Part shown: positions 34,489-46,926 of the stretch, in pieces
Position numbering within the stretch: position 1 is the stretch's first letter
Layout: every line of letters starts with the position of its first letter
Assembly (NCBI RefSeq): GCF_000143415.4
Contig: NW_003314307.1
Coordinates: 692,859 to 756,858, forward strand
DNA length: 64,000 bases
DNA from: Selaginella moellendorffii
Lineage: Eukaryota > Plantae > Lycopodiophyta
Reading direction: 5' to 3'
Program-made: the position numbers and the translations under genes
Notes under the pieces: generated by a model
The model's database searches: none
What the model was told of the DNA's origin: nothing
Seen by the model: the letters and a program-made list of their open reading frames with translations, nothing else

Positions 34489-37017
34489 TTATCGTCCATT
34501 TGTCAGAGAACCAACTTCAAGAGAAGGAACCATAGAAGGATCCAAAGCTATTTCAGAGGATAAATTTGGAGACAATGGTTCAGGAACTTGTATAGTATCC
34601 TCCATCATTTGCACCACTTTCCCCATTGATGGCCTTGCATTTGCATCATGCTGAATGCACCATAATGCAACTTTGAGCAGCCTCTTGAACTGCACCAAAT
34701 CCACGTCCTCCCTCACTAGCTTCTTGTCAATGATGCTTTCCAGATCTCCTGCTTGATACATGTTGTAAGCCCAGTCCGAGAGACACCAGCGGTTGTTTTC
34801 TGAGTTTATGGCAGATATTGTCATGAGGTACTTCTCCCTGCCGCTTATAATCTCGAGCAACACCATTCCAAAGCTGTAGACATCCACCTTGGTTGTGATT
34901 GGAAGGTTGCTGATCCATTCAGGTGCAAGATATCCCCTGGTTCCACGCACAGTTGTCACACTCAATTCCCTCTCCCGTTTCATCAGCTTGGCTAAACCAA
35001 AATCCGCTACCTTTGGAATAAAGCTCTCATCAAGCAGGATGTTTTGAGGCTTTATGTCACAGTGGAGAATGCATTCCTGACATTCGTCATGAAGATATGT
35101 TATCCCTCTTGCAATCCCCAAAGCAATGTTGAATCGGCTGGCCCAGCCGCAAAAGTGCTCTGTATCATTCAAAAAAAGTAGCTTCTCCAGTGAACCATTA
35201 GGCATGTACTCATAAACCAGGAGCTTTCGATTGTCCTCGTAGCAATACCCCAGCAAGCGGACGAGGTTGATGTGGTGAATCTTGCCGAGGGTCTTCACCT
35301 CGGCTTGGAACTGTTTATCGGCTTGCATGGCCATTTCCAGCTCCTTGACTGCAACAAGAGTGCCATTTGGAAGCCGGCCCTTGTAGACTGTCCCAAATCC
35401 TCCCGATCCAAGCCTGTCATAAAAGTTGTCTGTGAAATTTTGCAGCTGCTGATACGTGAATATTGCAGGCCCACTGCCAAAATCGAGATCCATGATGTTG
35501 TTACGTACTCTAGCGCTTATGATCCAGCAGAGCCCCATAAAACATGTAACCAAGAGGAAAACCATCAACACAAGTGTTGTGATGAAGAGCGCAATGCGAG
35601 GACCATCTCTGAAAAATGGCCGATGGAGCACCAGCCACTGGAAACCAGGAACGACGGTGGCATTTGCGTTTGTCACGTATACGTTTGCATCCGGACTTTG
35701 TCCTGGATCTTTGGCAGAAACTTTCAAGAAGAAAACGTTGTCCACGTCCACAGACTGCTTGCCATTGAACAGACCCGAGGGATCTAAGCCCTTGAGCCAG
35801 CATATTCCAGCGCCACCCATCTGGAAAGCAGCTCCGAGACACTCGCACTCCCTGAGGCATCTTTGGATACAATCCTCCTGGGATGACGGATTTGGCAGTG
35901 GGTGGCTATTGTAGTCATTGTATTGGAAGTCCGTGCGTACAAGTTGGATCATCTTGAAGTTTCTTGGATCTGTTGAGTTTTGGCCTGCGGGACACTTGGT
36001 CAACGGGGTATTGTAAACACAATCCTGTGACGGATCGGAAGCATTTGTGGGGTGAAATCCCGGAGGACAGATGCAAGTTGCAGTCGGCCGGTATGTGCAA
36101 ATCCCAAAGCGCCCGCATTTCCCAAAGATGTCACACTCGAGAAGAACAGCTTGCCAAGTTATGAGCCATCTGTTCTTAATCTCATCAAGAGTGTAGATTC
36201 TCAGGTTGCCATCATCGTCCAGGGTCAGCCTTCGGGTTAGACCAATTTCAGGATAATCGAGCGCATACCTCTGTGCCGTGTCATATACTTTGTCAGGATT
36301 TTTCCAGGAGCTGCCGTTCCCATCAAAGAAAGAAAGCATCCCACTAGTGCTGATGTTGAGACGAGGAGGACTGAGCGCAGAACTGGAACAATTGTCATTC
36401 GCAATCTGCCAGTATGGTTCAAGCCAATATCCCCGGGAGTAGAGCGCAACTCTACTCACATCCATTCGAAGGTCATATTTTCGGTTACTGGAGACAAGCC
36501 GGGTGTTTCCAATGAGCTGCTGATAAGGAAGAAGGGTGTCCGTGGGGCGCTCAAATGACTGCCAAACAGGCACTCCGTTGCTCGTTAGAAGTTGTAAGTT
36601 GCCATTCTCCTGAAGCAAAGCTTTTATAACTCCGAGAGTTGACGTAGAAGTTCCCCAGATAATTCCAGCAGCGTTGGAGGTGAGAACTAATCGACCATCG
36701 ATCTGGAAAACGAGCTGGTCGCCTTTGATAAGCCCGATTGGAAAACCTCCCGTGTCATTGGACATTGCGCTCCAGACGACTGTGTTGGGCATTTTGGTGT
36801 ACCATATCGAGAAACTATAGAGGGGAAATGTGTGATTGATATGGCTGAATCCTGCAGAAAAGGTAGCGTTGGGAGACGTAATCCATGTCTGAGGGTCTTC
36901 GCCTCTCACAATTATGGTTGTGCCTGGACTTCCACCATCAGCTGCCACCGAAGTTAAAATGATATAGCACAAGCAACAGAATAGGAGAATTCTAAAAGCG
37001 AGAAACATCAAGAACAT
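34489..37017 (-). CDS. G-type lectin S-domain receptor-like kinase 3 (non-RD), intronless
   Basis: 842-aa ORF with a signal peptide, WQSFERPTDTLLP, CDIFGKCGRFGIC, PAN and TM. Kinase motifs are GSGGFGTVY, HCDIKPQN and GTRGYLAPEW. Confidence 0.96.
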   Translation of the reverse strand: MFLMFLAFRILLFCCLCYIILTSVAADGGSPGTTIIVRGEDPQTWITSPNATFSAGFSHINHTFPLYSFSIWYTKMPNTVVWSAMSNDTGGFPIGLIKGDQLVFQIDGRLVLTSNAAGIIWGTSTSTLGVIKALLQENGNLQLLTSNGVPVWQSFERPTDTLLPYQQLIGNTRLVSSNRKYDLRMDVSRVALYSRGYWLEPYWQIANDNCSSSALSPPRLNISTSGMLSFFDGNGSSWKNPDKVYDTAQRYALDYPEIGLTRRLTLDDDGNLRIYTLDEIKNRWLITWQAVLLECDIFGKCGRFGICTYRPTATCICPPGFHPTNASDPSQDCVYNTPLTKCPAGQNSTDPRNFKMIQLVRTDFQYNDYNSHPLPNPSSQEDCIQRCLRECECLGAAFQMGGAGICWLKGLDPSGLFNGKQSVDVDNVFFLKVSAKDPGQSPDANVYVTNANATVVPGFQWLVLHRPFFRDGPRIALFITTLVLMVFLLVTCFMGLCWIISARVRNNIMDLDFGSGPAIFTYQQLQNFTDNFYDRLGSGGFGTVYKGRLPNGTLVAVKELEMAMQADKQFQAEVKTLGKIHHINLVRLLGYCYEDNRKLLVYEYMPNGSLEKLLFLNDTEHFCGWASRFNIALGIARGITYLHDECQECILHCDIKPQNILLDESFIPKVADFGLAKLMKRERELSVTTVRGTRGYLAPEWISNLPITTKVDVYSFGMVLLEIISGREKYLMTISAINSENNRWCLSDWAYNMYQAGDLESIIDKKLVREDVDLVQFKRLLKVALWCIQHDANARPSMGKVVQMMEDTIQVPEPLSPNLSSEIALDPSMVPSLEVGSLTNGR

Positions 37018-37204
37018 CTGTTGTTTTCTGGAAGGTGTGAAATGCTTACATCCTTTTTATAGCTGGGAGTGTCTTGCAGCCACTTGTTGTGTTTTACTTC
37101 AGTATCTTCCATGTAGATTGTCGTCACATGACTATACTGGTCTTCCACGGCCACAACTTTGATGTTGAAAGACATTGAAAGTTGCAATTATTGTCAGTTT
37201 AACC

Positions 37205-37299
37205 TTGACTGCATGCTTGACTCTGACTCTGACGATGACCTGGACTCGAGAACTAAAAGCGTTAGTGCACGAGCCTTTGAATTTCCTCAATACTTGACT
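37205..37299. promoter_or_regulatory. W-box cluster upstream of receptor kinase 3
   Basis: TTGACT at 37205, 37217 and 37294, plus several TGAC cores. A TATAAAAA on the minus strand lies at ~37054-37061. Confidence 0.5.
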
Positions 37300-37344
37300 C
37301 TCAGGTAATGACAAAAGTAATTCTTGAGCTTCCAGTCATCTTTT

Positions 37345-38878
37345 CAACTGCAATAGAGATTGGGAGCACCATAGAGGTGGGAAGGGCCTATCAATCCTGC
37401 ACAAACTGTGGCAACGGAGCAAAATAAAAACGGAGAGTTTATTCATATCAGTGGGAACGCACAGCTTTAGCTCAGGGATGAGAACGGACTCATTGTCACT
37501 GATGATGCAAGTGTGATTGTGTGGCAAAAAAATCAAATTGGGGCTGTTGCTCTAAAGGTTCTTTCCTTCTGGAGACTGGCAACTTGGTGGTTCATTGGGA
37601 GGACATGGCAGAGTTTTCCTGAGGAACAACAGCAAGAAGCTTGAAATTCCTCAAAGATACTGGCATATAGCATATCCACTTTGCGAACGTGCCATAGAGA
37701 TGAAACCGGGACCAAGTCAACATATAGTGCCAGATTGACAGGTCTTTACATTTTCTAGCAGTTCTCAACTTGAGTTCTGATGGAGTTTTATTGTTTTATG
37801 ACACAATTGGATCAAGTCCGCCACTGAAAATTCTCACAAATATGCTCTGGATTATGGAATCTCGAATGTTTTGAAGACAGCAGGTAGCAGCGCCCAGACA
37901 GCAGCCCACAGGATGTTGTTATGAATTTAGGACTTGGACAAGTGGCAGTCAGTGGGAAGCCGGAACTATGGGACTTGGAGTTCACTGCGTGGAGTGCTGG
38001 AGTTTAGACCATGGAAGATGGATAGGCTCTGAACAAACCTTTTCTCAACAAGGATTTCTACAAGGGCATTAGGATAGTTACCAATTCTCCTCCTATCCTG
38101 GGATTAAAACATAGAGATAAGAGTAGCATTGAGGACTAACAAGGGATGTAGCAGCTCACTCAGGAATTCTATTAGACCCTTTATATGGCTTAGCCATGGA
38201 CCCCAATCTGGGAAAGCATAGTAGAAGAGGTCATGTAACTCTCCCCCACAGGTTCCTCAATGAGTGGTTGAAAGTATACTCTTATGTTGAAGGTGGATGC
38301 TATGTTGTGCTTGTGAATGAGATTATAAGTTTCTTTTTATTTTAGACTAAATGCAATAAATTAGTGGAGGATTAACAATATGCTAGAGTTGTGACATAAG
38401 GAGTATTATATCAGTTGTGGGAGATAAAATACAAAAAAACTTTCGTCAAGGAAAAACATTAGCATTGCTATTAAAGTTGGTGGCAAGGTAAATAAACTTT
38501 TAGATAGCCGTGGTGATAATTAATACTGGAGCATGAGGAAAGTTAAGTCCTTAGACAATAATGGTTTCTTAGTGTTAACTCATCTTCTCCACAAAGCCTA
38601 AGAATATCTACTTTTTCAAATGACACCAAAGTCTTGGAATGTTGTTTTGGCAAGCACTTATGTAGGAATGTTGTATTTTTTACTTCTGGAGCTTTTAGAC
38701 TTTGCACCTATTGCCCAAAAAAGACTTGTAGCTGCCCTCTTGGATTCCATTGTGTTGATCCCAAATAATGTTCCTCCTAGTGATTGTAGAAAGAATCCTA
38801 TAAAGCTTGTCTTGGCCACCTGAGCTGACTACTACTACTACAATGACTATATATTGGACAATATTGGAGTAATGTAAC
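37345..38878 (+). pseudogene. Deleted and interrupted paralog of the receptor kinase 1 ectodomain
   Basis: ~37570-37876 aligns to ~19335-19785 with internal deletions, and ~38610-38878 aligns to ~19826-20115. An unrelated ~730-bp insert lies between, and a retroelement truncates the 3' side. Confidence 0.88.
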
Positions 38879-40824
38879 AGTATGTGTGAGGTTTTGGTTG
38901 TGATCCACAGTCACTCATCACGTTCCTACCAAGCTCATGGTGAAGAGCCTCTTGAAGCTTGTTGAATGCATGTTGTTGAAGAGCTCCCCACACGAAAGGT
39001 GTGCAATAGCATCACCAGAGGTAAAAAAAATTGAGGCGTAGCCTTGGATAAAACGTCAAAAGGATCCCAAGAAAACAGTGCAGCTGTGGACTGAGGTCAG
39101 GGGTGAAAACTCCAAAAATTCTTTGTGTTGTGCCATGTGAGGGACTACACATTGTTTGGAGATATCAAAGCCTAAGAGGCGGCCCTTGGTGACAGCAAAC
39201 TTACACTTGTCTGGGTTAAGAGTGAAGCAATGATGCCAGCAAGCTCCAAGTGCCGCAAATGCTCCTCAAAAGACCCACAGTGAATCACCTAGCATGTCGT
39301 GAAAGGCAAATGTCATGAAATGTTGGACATCTATGCAAATCCACAGCTTGCCATTAACTTTCCACACCAGAACCATGTTGGACACCAATCTCTTGACTCC
39401 CGCATGTAGAAGTATCTCCTCCTTAATTGATGGCAACAATGCTGTGTTGAAATGTCCTATGCCTTGGCATTGTCAAAGAGCTTGATCTCATGGCAATGAC
39501 CTCTAAGGTGGGCAAATGCGTCTTTGAATGAACAAAGAAGCTCCAAGAGCTGGTTTTCGTATGCACTCATGAAGACTGGATCTGAGTCGTCCGAGAGGAA
39601 GGCCTGCTTGCAACGATCATCTAGGGTCAGAGATGTGTTGGCAGCTCGAGCTTGGGTCTATCACTGGCGCGTCTACAAGATTAGAGTCAAACATGTCTAG
39701 TGGTGGCTCCGTGGCCGTTGTAGGAACTCGTTCATGCATCACCTTGATCGCTTCATGAGAAAGTTTATCCGCCCAGAAATTCCTGGTGTGTGCGATGCTC
39801 AGAAAAGTGACAGTGTCAAAGAGGGATGTGAGGTCAATAGCTCACTGCCACAGGTCACGAATATTGGTTTTGTGGAAATGATACTCGCCATTAAGTTGCC
39901 AGATGACAAGCTGAGAGTCTCCTGTGCATTGGACGTGGCAGATTCCATGTTGTGAGGCAAGCTCCATGGCAGAGATCATGGACAAATACTCTGCCTCGTT
40001 GGCTGAAGTTGCAAGAAGTGTTGTGGAGAGCTGAGCCACATTTTGCTATTTGTCACTCCAATTCCTGCTCGATGACCATGCACCATTGAAGTAAGCTGTA
40101 AAGAGTTCTGGAGGGCTCTCAAAGAGAGATGAGGAATTAACAATGCTCTCCAGATCTGCTTCGTGGCCTTGGGAGTCAGCAATGAGAGGTGTCACTGAGA
40201 AAGGTGACGGCGGCAAAGGAACTGGGATTGCGAGCTGAGCAGCCTCCAAAGCGGTAGCAACTGAAGGAAGATCATTAGTGTAGGTGGAGCTGGTGCTAGG
40301 GGTCTCGTTGCCACTTTGTGTCGCCACTGGGGAAATGGCATTTGTGGTGTTGTCAAGAGTGACCGAGTGTTGAGCTTGACAAACAAGTTCCGAGGGAGTG
40401 TGCTGTAGGATGGAAGTACAGTGGAGAATGTGGATCCCAGGGAGAGAAGCATCTTGTAGCAGCTCTGGAAAGACCACTAGAAAGGAATCTATCATCTATG
40501 GAGTGCTGTGAGCAGCTGCAAGGGAAGAAACCACTGGTGACAACACGAGGGAGCCTTTCTGATTGGAGAAGGTGGCATGATGAATGCCATCCGAAATGGA
40601 GAACAATCCCTTGTGTCAATCTGTTTGAGCATGGATGGCATCTTGCCAGCTTCATCCAAGGATTAATTGTACCTCCAATGTTTTGCCTTTTTTCGTTCGT
40701 TTTATCGGAAGAAAGTGGTGTCTTGTAGTTTACCACCAAGAAATCGACCAAGGTCTCAACATCTTTGCAAATGTCCCTGGGGATGACAAAGTGTTGGGCA
40801 AATTTCTTAAGCATGATGGGGATG
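38768..40824. repeat. Copy 2 of the ~2-kb direct duplication
   Basis: Matches 32028-34040 with small indels, including an extra ~40 bp near 39645-39688. Confidence 0.95.
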
Positions 40825-41700
40825 TTGTGCTCTGTAAGCTCTAATCCCAGTGCATGCATGACTGTGAGGGACATCATGTTATTTCCAGAACCGCAGTCTA
40901 CCAATGCAGTTCCTGCCATATGCCCTCGATAAGTGACAGGAATGAGAAAAGCTCCAGGATCTGTCGCCTTTGCCTGGACTTAGGACAACCTTCATGGGCT
41001 GTCTCTGAGGCGAAGACTGAAGTGATGAAATGCCACTGAGGTGATGGGCCTTGGAAATCCCCGAGAGAAATATCCAAATGTAAATCACAGAGCTTTTGTG
41101 TGACATATTTAAGGAACTTGAGTGTGACATTCTGCTGCTAGAAGGCGGAAATCTCCTGGAGTGCATTTCCACTGCTGCTCCTGGAAAAGGTGCTTGAGCT
41201 GGAAGTGGTTGAGGGAATGGAAGTTGAATTTCCGTTGGCATCGAGCTTGCTTGAGGTGATGGTGGGGGATCTAGACCAGAGAAATCATTTGAAACAACAT
41301 GTATAGGAACAGCCTTCTTTTTTCGAGCTCAAGTAGTCATGACAACCTGGTAAAGTCCTCAGCTGGAAGAATCACATAGATGCCAGCGATTTTCTTTCCT
41401 TTGTCCAAAGCTGGCAGAGCTTCCTGTAAAATCTGACAATAGCTCGACTTGGCTGCAATCGAGGAGTTGTCCACCAAAGGTTGCTGGAGAACTTGCTGAG
41501 GCTGTAGGCGTTGCTCAGGGTGTAACTTCCAACAGCGTGATTCATCGTGTGTACTCAATTTGCGGTGATTGCAAAAGAGACGATGACGATCAACAACATC
41601 CATCCTAAGGTATCTTAGCTCTTCTAAAATCTCTACCTGCTGTGCTTGCTATTGTTGGAGAATGTAATATTGTTGGATTTCCACCAATGTGACATCCACT
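38880..41700 (-). mobile_element. Ty3/gypsy Tat-like relic in the order gag, protease, archaeal-type RNase H, RT
   Basis: Gag knuckle-like FCNHRKLSTHDESRCWKLHPE (~41520-41580), protease ALVDCGSGNNMMS (~40870-40910), aRH (~39850-40100) and RT remnants (~38900-39500). Confidence 0.82.
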
Positions 41701-43105
41701 GTACTCAAGGATTTCTCCTTGGAAGAGCTCTACCTAGGGAAGAATTACCAAGTTAAAGTAACCTGTCTAAAAGCCATAACTCATCTATAGTAAAAATAAA
41801 TATATAGATTAATATTAATCCCAAGATTAGAAAAGTCCTCCCCTAAACTAAAATCTTTGTTAGTAAGGATTGCCATCACTTCTTGGGGCTTTGGCTAGTT
41901 TAAAACATTTTAGTTGCCTTTTAAATAAAATTAAGAATATTGAAGAAAGGTGGGTTATGTGATCAGTCAATATTAATTATTTTATGATTAAAGATTTTAC
42001 TATACACACAAAGTGCCGAAATCAGTCTACTTATACTGGCCCAAAGTACAAAATTAATAGATGAACAATATCAAAGTCATTGACAAAAATATCTTAGAAA
42101 TATCGAATTAATTAATGAATAAAGCTAACATTAAAACATAAAAATTATTCCAAGTAAGTTATCATCTAATAAACTAATATGATAGAAACTATAGAGATCA
42201 TGATAGTTTAAAAACAAAGGATTAACTATCTAACAAAATTCAATAACAAATATATCATTAATAAAACTCAATGATAAAGCTTAACTACCACTAATTCTTC
42301 TTTAAGGAATATTTGGTGTTGGATTAGTTTTAAGTTTGGTCAGAAAAGAATTGACATAAGCCTATATTGTGAACAAAGCTGGTGGTATTAGGTGTTGTAA
42401 ATTTTTATTTATGGGATATTATATTTATATTGAATTTTGTTGTTTGAGTTGGCACTAAATATTAAACTAGTAGTGATATGGGCTTTACTTGTGATAACTC
42501 AATTGATGATTAAGTCATAGTGATATCCATATCATATATTTATGATTGTGAGTAATAAAGTTACTTAGTTAAATAGTTTTAGTTATTTTAGATTAGTTTA
42601 TGACTAATCTGTTTTGTAGCAGCTTTGACTAAGTGATCTACTATACTAATTTGGTGTTAGTATTGTGAGTTTGCTTATTGAGTGTTGGAAAAGAGTTACA
42701 ATATTCATTTACTATACTTGAGATAAATTATTAGACTTCCTTTTGGGTTACCTTTATTATATGAGATTATACTAAGAGACAGATATAATCTACAAATACC
42801 TATTTCAACTAAGTTATATAAAGGAGTAAAAAGTTTAATAAAAAGTCAAAAAGTTACTTAAGTTTGAATTTCTTTAGCCAAGTAAGGCTTTTTTATCAAT
42901 GTTGTTTAATGTATATATGTATTAACTATTATGCCTTAAATAAGAAGACAATGAAGGATAAAATATTAATGTTATGTTATTTTAGATAAGTTTGGTGAAG
43001 CTCGTGTGTTTATCAAGCACTACAACCAAACTAAATGATCTAGCATCATATATTACCTCCTCACCACCCAATCAAAAATAGGAAGATCTTGAGAGCCAAA
43101 CTTGC

Positions 43106-43265
43106 TGGAGCCAATTTGAGAGGAATGTTCAAAATTGTCTTTTGGTAGCTTGATGTGAATTTGAGGCTAAAGGTTATCCATATGCTCAAGGACAATAGTT
43201 AGCGAGCTCCATTCATCTCAAGACATAGTCATTTGTGGAAGCACGCTAAGCTAAGTTTGCTAAAT
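43106..43265 (+). pseudogene. Degenerate copy of the 3' end of receptor kinase 2
   Basis: tggagccaatttgagagg...gaatttgagg...gagctccattc...ggaagcacgctaagctaag matches ~25675-25905. Confidence 0.85.
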
Positions 43266-43906
43266 ATCTAACTTTTATACTATAAAACATGTGTAGATCC
43301 AAAAAGAAATAAACTTCTTATTGAGGATCTAACCTTCACACCAATTTGAGCACAAGTCCAGATGCTAGAAAGTTAACTTACACGAAAGTAACATTTTGTC
43401 ACTGTTATATTTCGTGATCAATCTACATCATGAGATGAAGCTGTGGAATGTTCTCTTGGTCATGGTTTACTGCTCACATGCATCAAAATAAATAGTGGGA
43501 TTCATCGACATCACAGAGCCCGATATTCATATCTTGGTAAAGTTGGCCGCCGTAAAAACCATGCAAGGAGGCATTACTTTTAATTTTCTCGATCTTTGGC
43601 TCGCGTCGAAAGTTACCGTTGAAAGAATTCGATGATGATTACTTTAACCCCTAACGCTAGCCCGGAATATCCCCACCAAAAGATCCAGGCCGTCGATCGC
43701 GTTGCCTCTCGACATTCCGCCACGAAATGCCGACCCGGCTTACGATGTAACAGTACCACTAGTTACGGTAAGACAGAAGAAGCGAGTTCCCTACAGTGGC
43801 ACTATCTTCCTCTTTAGATTTGTTTTTGTTTCTTCTGCCGCAAGGAAAAAGCTGGGAGCAGCGATCGAGCGATCGAGCGAGCGGTTTCATCACGGAGAAG
43901 ATCAAA

Positions 43907-46385
43907 ATGTCTGGAGGAGGGGGAAAAAATGACTACCAGCATCTGGTTCAAGAGCAGCTCCCCGAGCTCGACTACTGTGTCAATGACAGCCCTCCTCTCG
44001 GTTTGTGCTTGCGGTTTTTCCGATCGATCGATCGTGGGTTTCTTATGTGTGACTTTCTTGGTCTCGTTCTTTTTTTTTGAGCAGCCGAGACCATTCTTGT
44101 CGGATTCCAGCACTATCTTACCATGGTCGGAACAACGGTTTTGGTCACGACTCCTCTCGTTTACGCCATGGGGGGGAACGATGTAAGTTTTCTTGTTTTC
44201 TGGAAAACCTTGAGCTTTCTTTGAGCGTCTTCTTGTTCTCGATCTCTGATAGAGAGAAAATCGGTTGCTTGCTCTTCTTCTTTCTTTCTCAGAGGGACAA
44301 GGCTCGAGTGATTCAAACGCTACTCTTTGCGAGCGGCATCAACACGCTCATCCAGTCCTTCCTTGGAACCAGGCTTCCGGCCATTGTGGGGGGCTCCTAC
44401 GCTTACATCCTCCCCATCTTCAGCATCATCAACTCTCCCAAGCTGCGAGCCATCACAGACGATCGCGAGGTACAAAAAAATCCATTTTTCTTTCTTCTGA
44501 TCCAAAGCTGACCCTGAAAGTGGTATTTTGTTTCGTTCTTCTCAGAGGTTTCTTCACTCGATGAAAGCTATCCAGGGAGCTCTCATCTGTGCCTCCATTC
44601 TCCAGATAGTCCTTGGCTTCAGTGGACTCTGGGGTATTTTTTCAAGGTATAGTTTAAGACTCGATCGTTTCTTTTTGTTTTTCCTGTCTTGGAACACTAG
44701 GCCTTGAAAATCCATTCTCTGTTTTGTTCCATGTCCCCAGGTACACGAGTCCTCTCACTATCGGTCCCGTGATCTTGATGGTCGGCATTGGGATGTTTCA
44801 GCTCGGCTTTCCCGGGGTATCTTATAAAAAAAAAATTCTTTGCGCGAAAAAGATAAATCTTTCTTTGATCACAGGTTGGAAAGTGCGTCCAAATTGGGAT
44901 CCCGCAGATTCTTCTCATACTCCTGTTCTCTCAGGTATTTAACGCAGAAGTAATTTTCTCTCGAGTAGTTTGTGTGATTGTTTCTTGCATTTTCAGTATC
45001 TCAAGACGCTCAAGGCGAGCAAGAAGATGCCATTCTTCGAGCGCTTTGCAATTGTCATCGCCGTGGCTCTCACCTGGGCCTACGCTCACTTCCTCACTAT
45101 CACTGGCGCTTACAAGCACTCGAGCGAGCTAGGACAGATCCACTGCCGGACTGATCGGGCCAATCTCATTCGATCCTCTCCATGGTATGGACATGAAACT
45201 GTCACAAGATTAAAACTCTCTACTTGTTTGTAGGATTCGTGTTCCATACCCACTGGAATGGGGAGCTCCAACTTTCAACGCGAGCCATGCGTTTGGAATG
45301 CTTGCTGGTGCCATTGTGTCACTAGTCGAAGTAAGCTCTGTTGTTTTGTTGAAATCCACTCGATCACTCGGCTATTTTCTTTTCTTTCGAAGTCGACTGG
45401 ATCGTTTTATGGGATTGCGCGGCTCGCTGGTGCTACGCCACCTCCCTCGTACGTCCTGAGCCGTGGCATTGGCTGGCAGGTTTGTAGACACAGCTTTTCC
45501 GAAAGTTTGCATAAGATCCATCACTCTTTCGATTCACAGGGTGTTGGAATTTTCATAAATGGTATCTTTGGAACGGCAGCTGGTCCGACTATCTCTGTGT
45601 AAGTTCTTCGCGTTTTTGCTGTCTGTTCTGTAAAGGTGGGATCTTTTTGCAGTGAGAATGCGGGGCTTGTTGGTATCACTCGAGTTGGAAGCCGTCGAAC
45701 CATCCAAGTCGCAGCTTTCTTCATGATCTTTTTCAGCTTGTTCGGTAAGAACTTCTCAGGTTTGGAAGACTCACGATCTAACGAGTAACTGAATCGTTTC
45801 CAGGAAAATTCGGTGGTATCTTTGCATCGATCCCCGCGGCAATGGTGGCTGGCATCTACTGCGTGCTCTTTGGAGTCTTGGGTGAATTTTCTTTCTCTAA
45901 CCCTCTTTTCTGTAACGTTTGAATGTCACGTTTGATCTCTCTATCCTAGCTGCGAGTGGTGTCTCGTATCTCCAGTTCACAAACCTCAACTTGCCTCGCA
46001 ACTTGATCATTCTCGGCTTCTCCGTGTTCATGGCTTTCTCCGTCCCGGAATACATTCGAGAGTTTACAATCTCGGCTGGACACGGCCCAGTTCACACGAA
46101 ATCACACTGGGTAAGCTAGCTTCTTCTCGAGAATCACTACGTAGGCACTAAACTCCGAGTCTGGTCACGCAGTTTAACGATATATTGAACGTGACTCTCT
46201 CGTCCGGGCCAGTGATTGCGCTGATCGTTGGCGTCGTCCTCGACAACACACTCAAGCTTAAGGTGACAAAGAAGGATAGAGGAGCGAATTGGTGGAAGAA
46301 CTTCCGGACCTTTGGAGCTGACAAGAGGAACGAGGAGTTTTACAAGCTGCCTTTCAATCTCAACAAGTTCTTTCCTCCAGTGTGA
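43907..46385 (+). CDS. NAT: Nucleobase-ascorbate transporter (NAT/NCS2), about 14 exons
   Basis: GFQHYLTMVGTTVL, QSFLGTRLPAIVGGSYAY, CRTDRANLI and the NAT signature ENAGLVGITRVGSRR. It ends EEFYKLPFNLNKFFPPV*. Confidence 0.96.
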
Positions 46386-46926
46386 CTAATAGAGTTGTAT
46401 CTAAAGATTAGTTTTTGTTTGACTTGGGTCATTTAAGAGAAACGGTGACGTACTTCTAACGAGTATCCAAGCAGGCTCTCAATGTATCCTTTGGAATTGC
46501 ACCTTGGTTTTGGCCCTTTCCTGTGTGTGATGACAACAGAAGGCAGATAGGTAACCTCAATGCCCTTTTTGGGCACGGGTGATGAGAACAGAAGACTTGT
46601 GGAGGATCCAATTTGACAAGCCAAAGCCATAATCAAGGCAGAAAGCAGAAGAGGAATAGTTGGCTAGCTTTGGAAAGCATCTGTAAAAGAAGCCTAAGGG
46701 ACCGACCTGTGTGCGCACCCTTAGTATGAGAACAAAAACTCTCTCCCTAATTAAGTTAGATATAACCCCTTTAAAAATGTTATGTCAACTAAATTCAACA
46801 AATGCCTTTTTCTTGGCATATATGCACTAGATTCACCCCTTTCCCCATTGCTGTATCAATTGAGGGGTGCATTGAATAAGGGGTTAAAATTTCCTGATTA
46901 AAAGTTCCCCTTTTTGAAGGGTTCCT

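Noticed and set aside
32028-40824. The 2-kb direct repeats as the LTR pair of one element that captured kinase 3
   Set aside because: The repeats consist of internal pol sequence plus a kinase fragment, and lack TG..CA ends, PBS/PPT and a TSD.
41700-43100. AT-rich stretch as a gene or transposase relic
   Set aside because: No ORF or recognisable motif.
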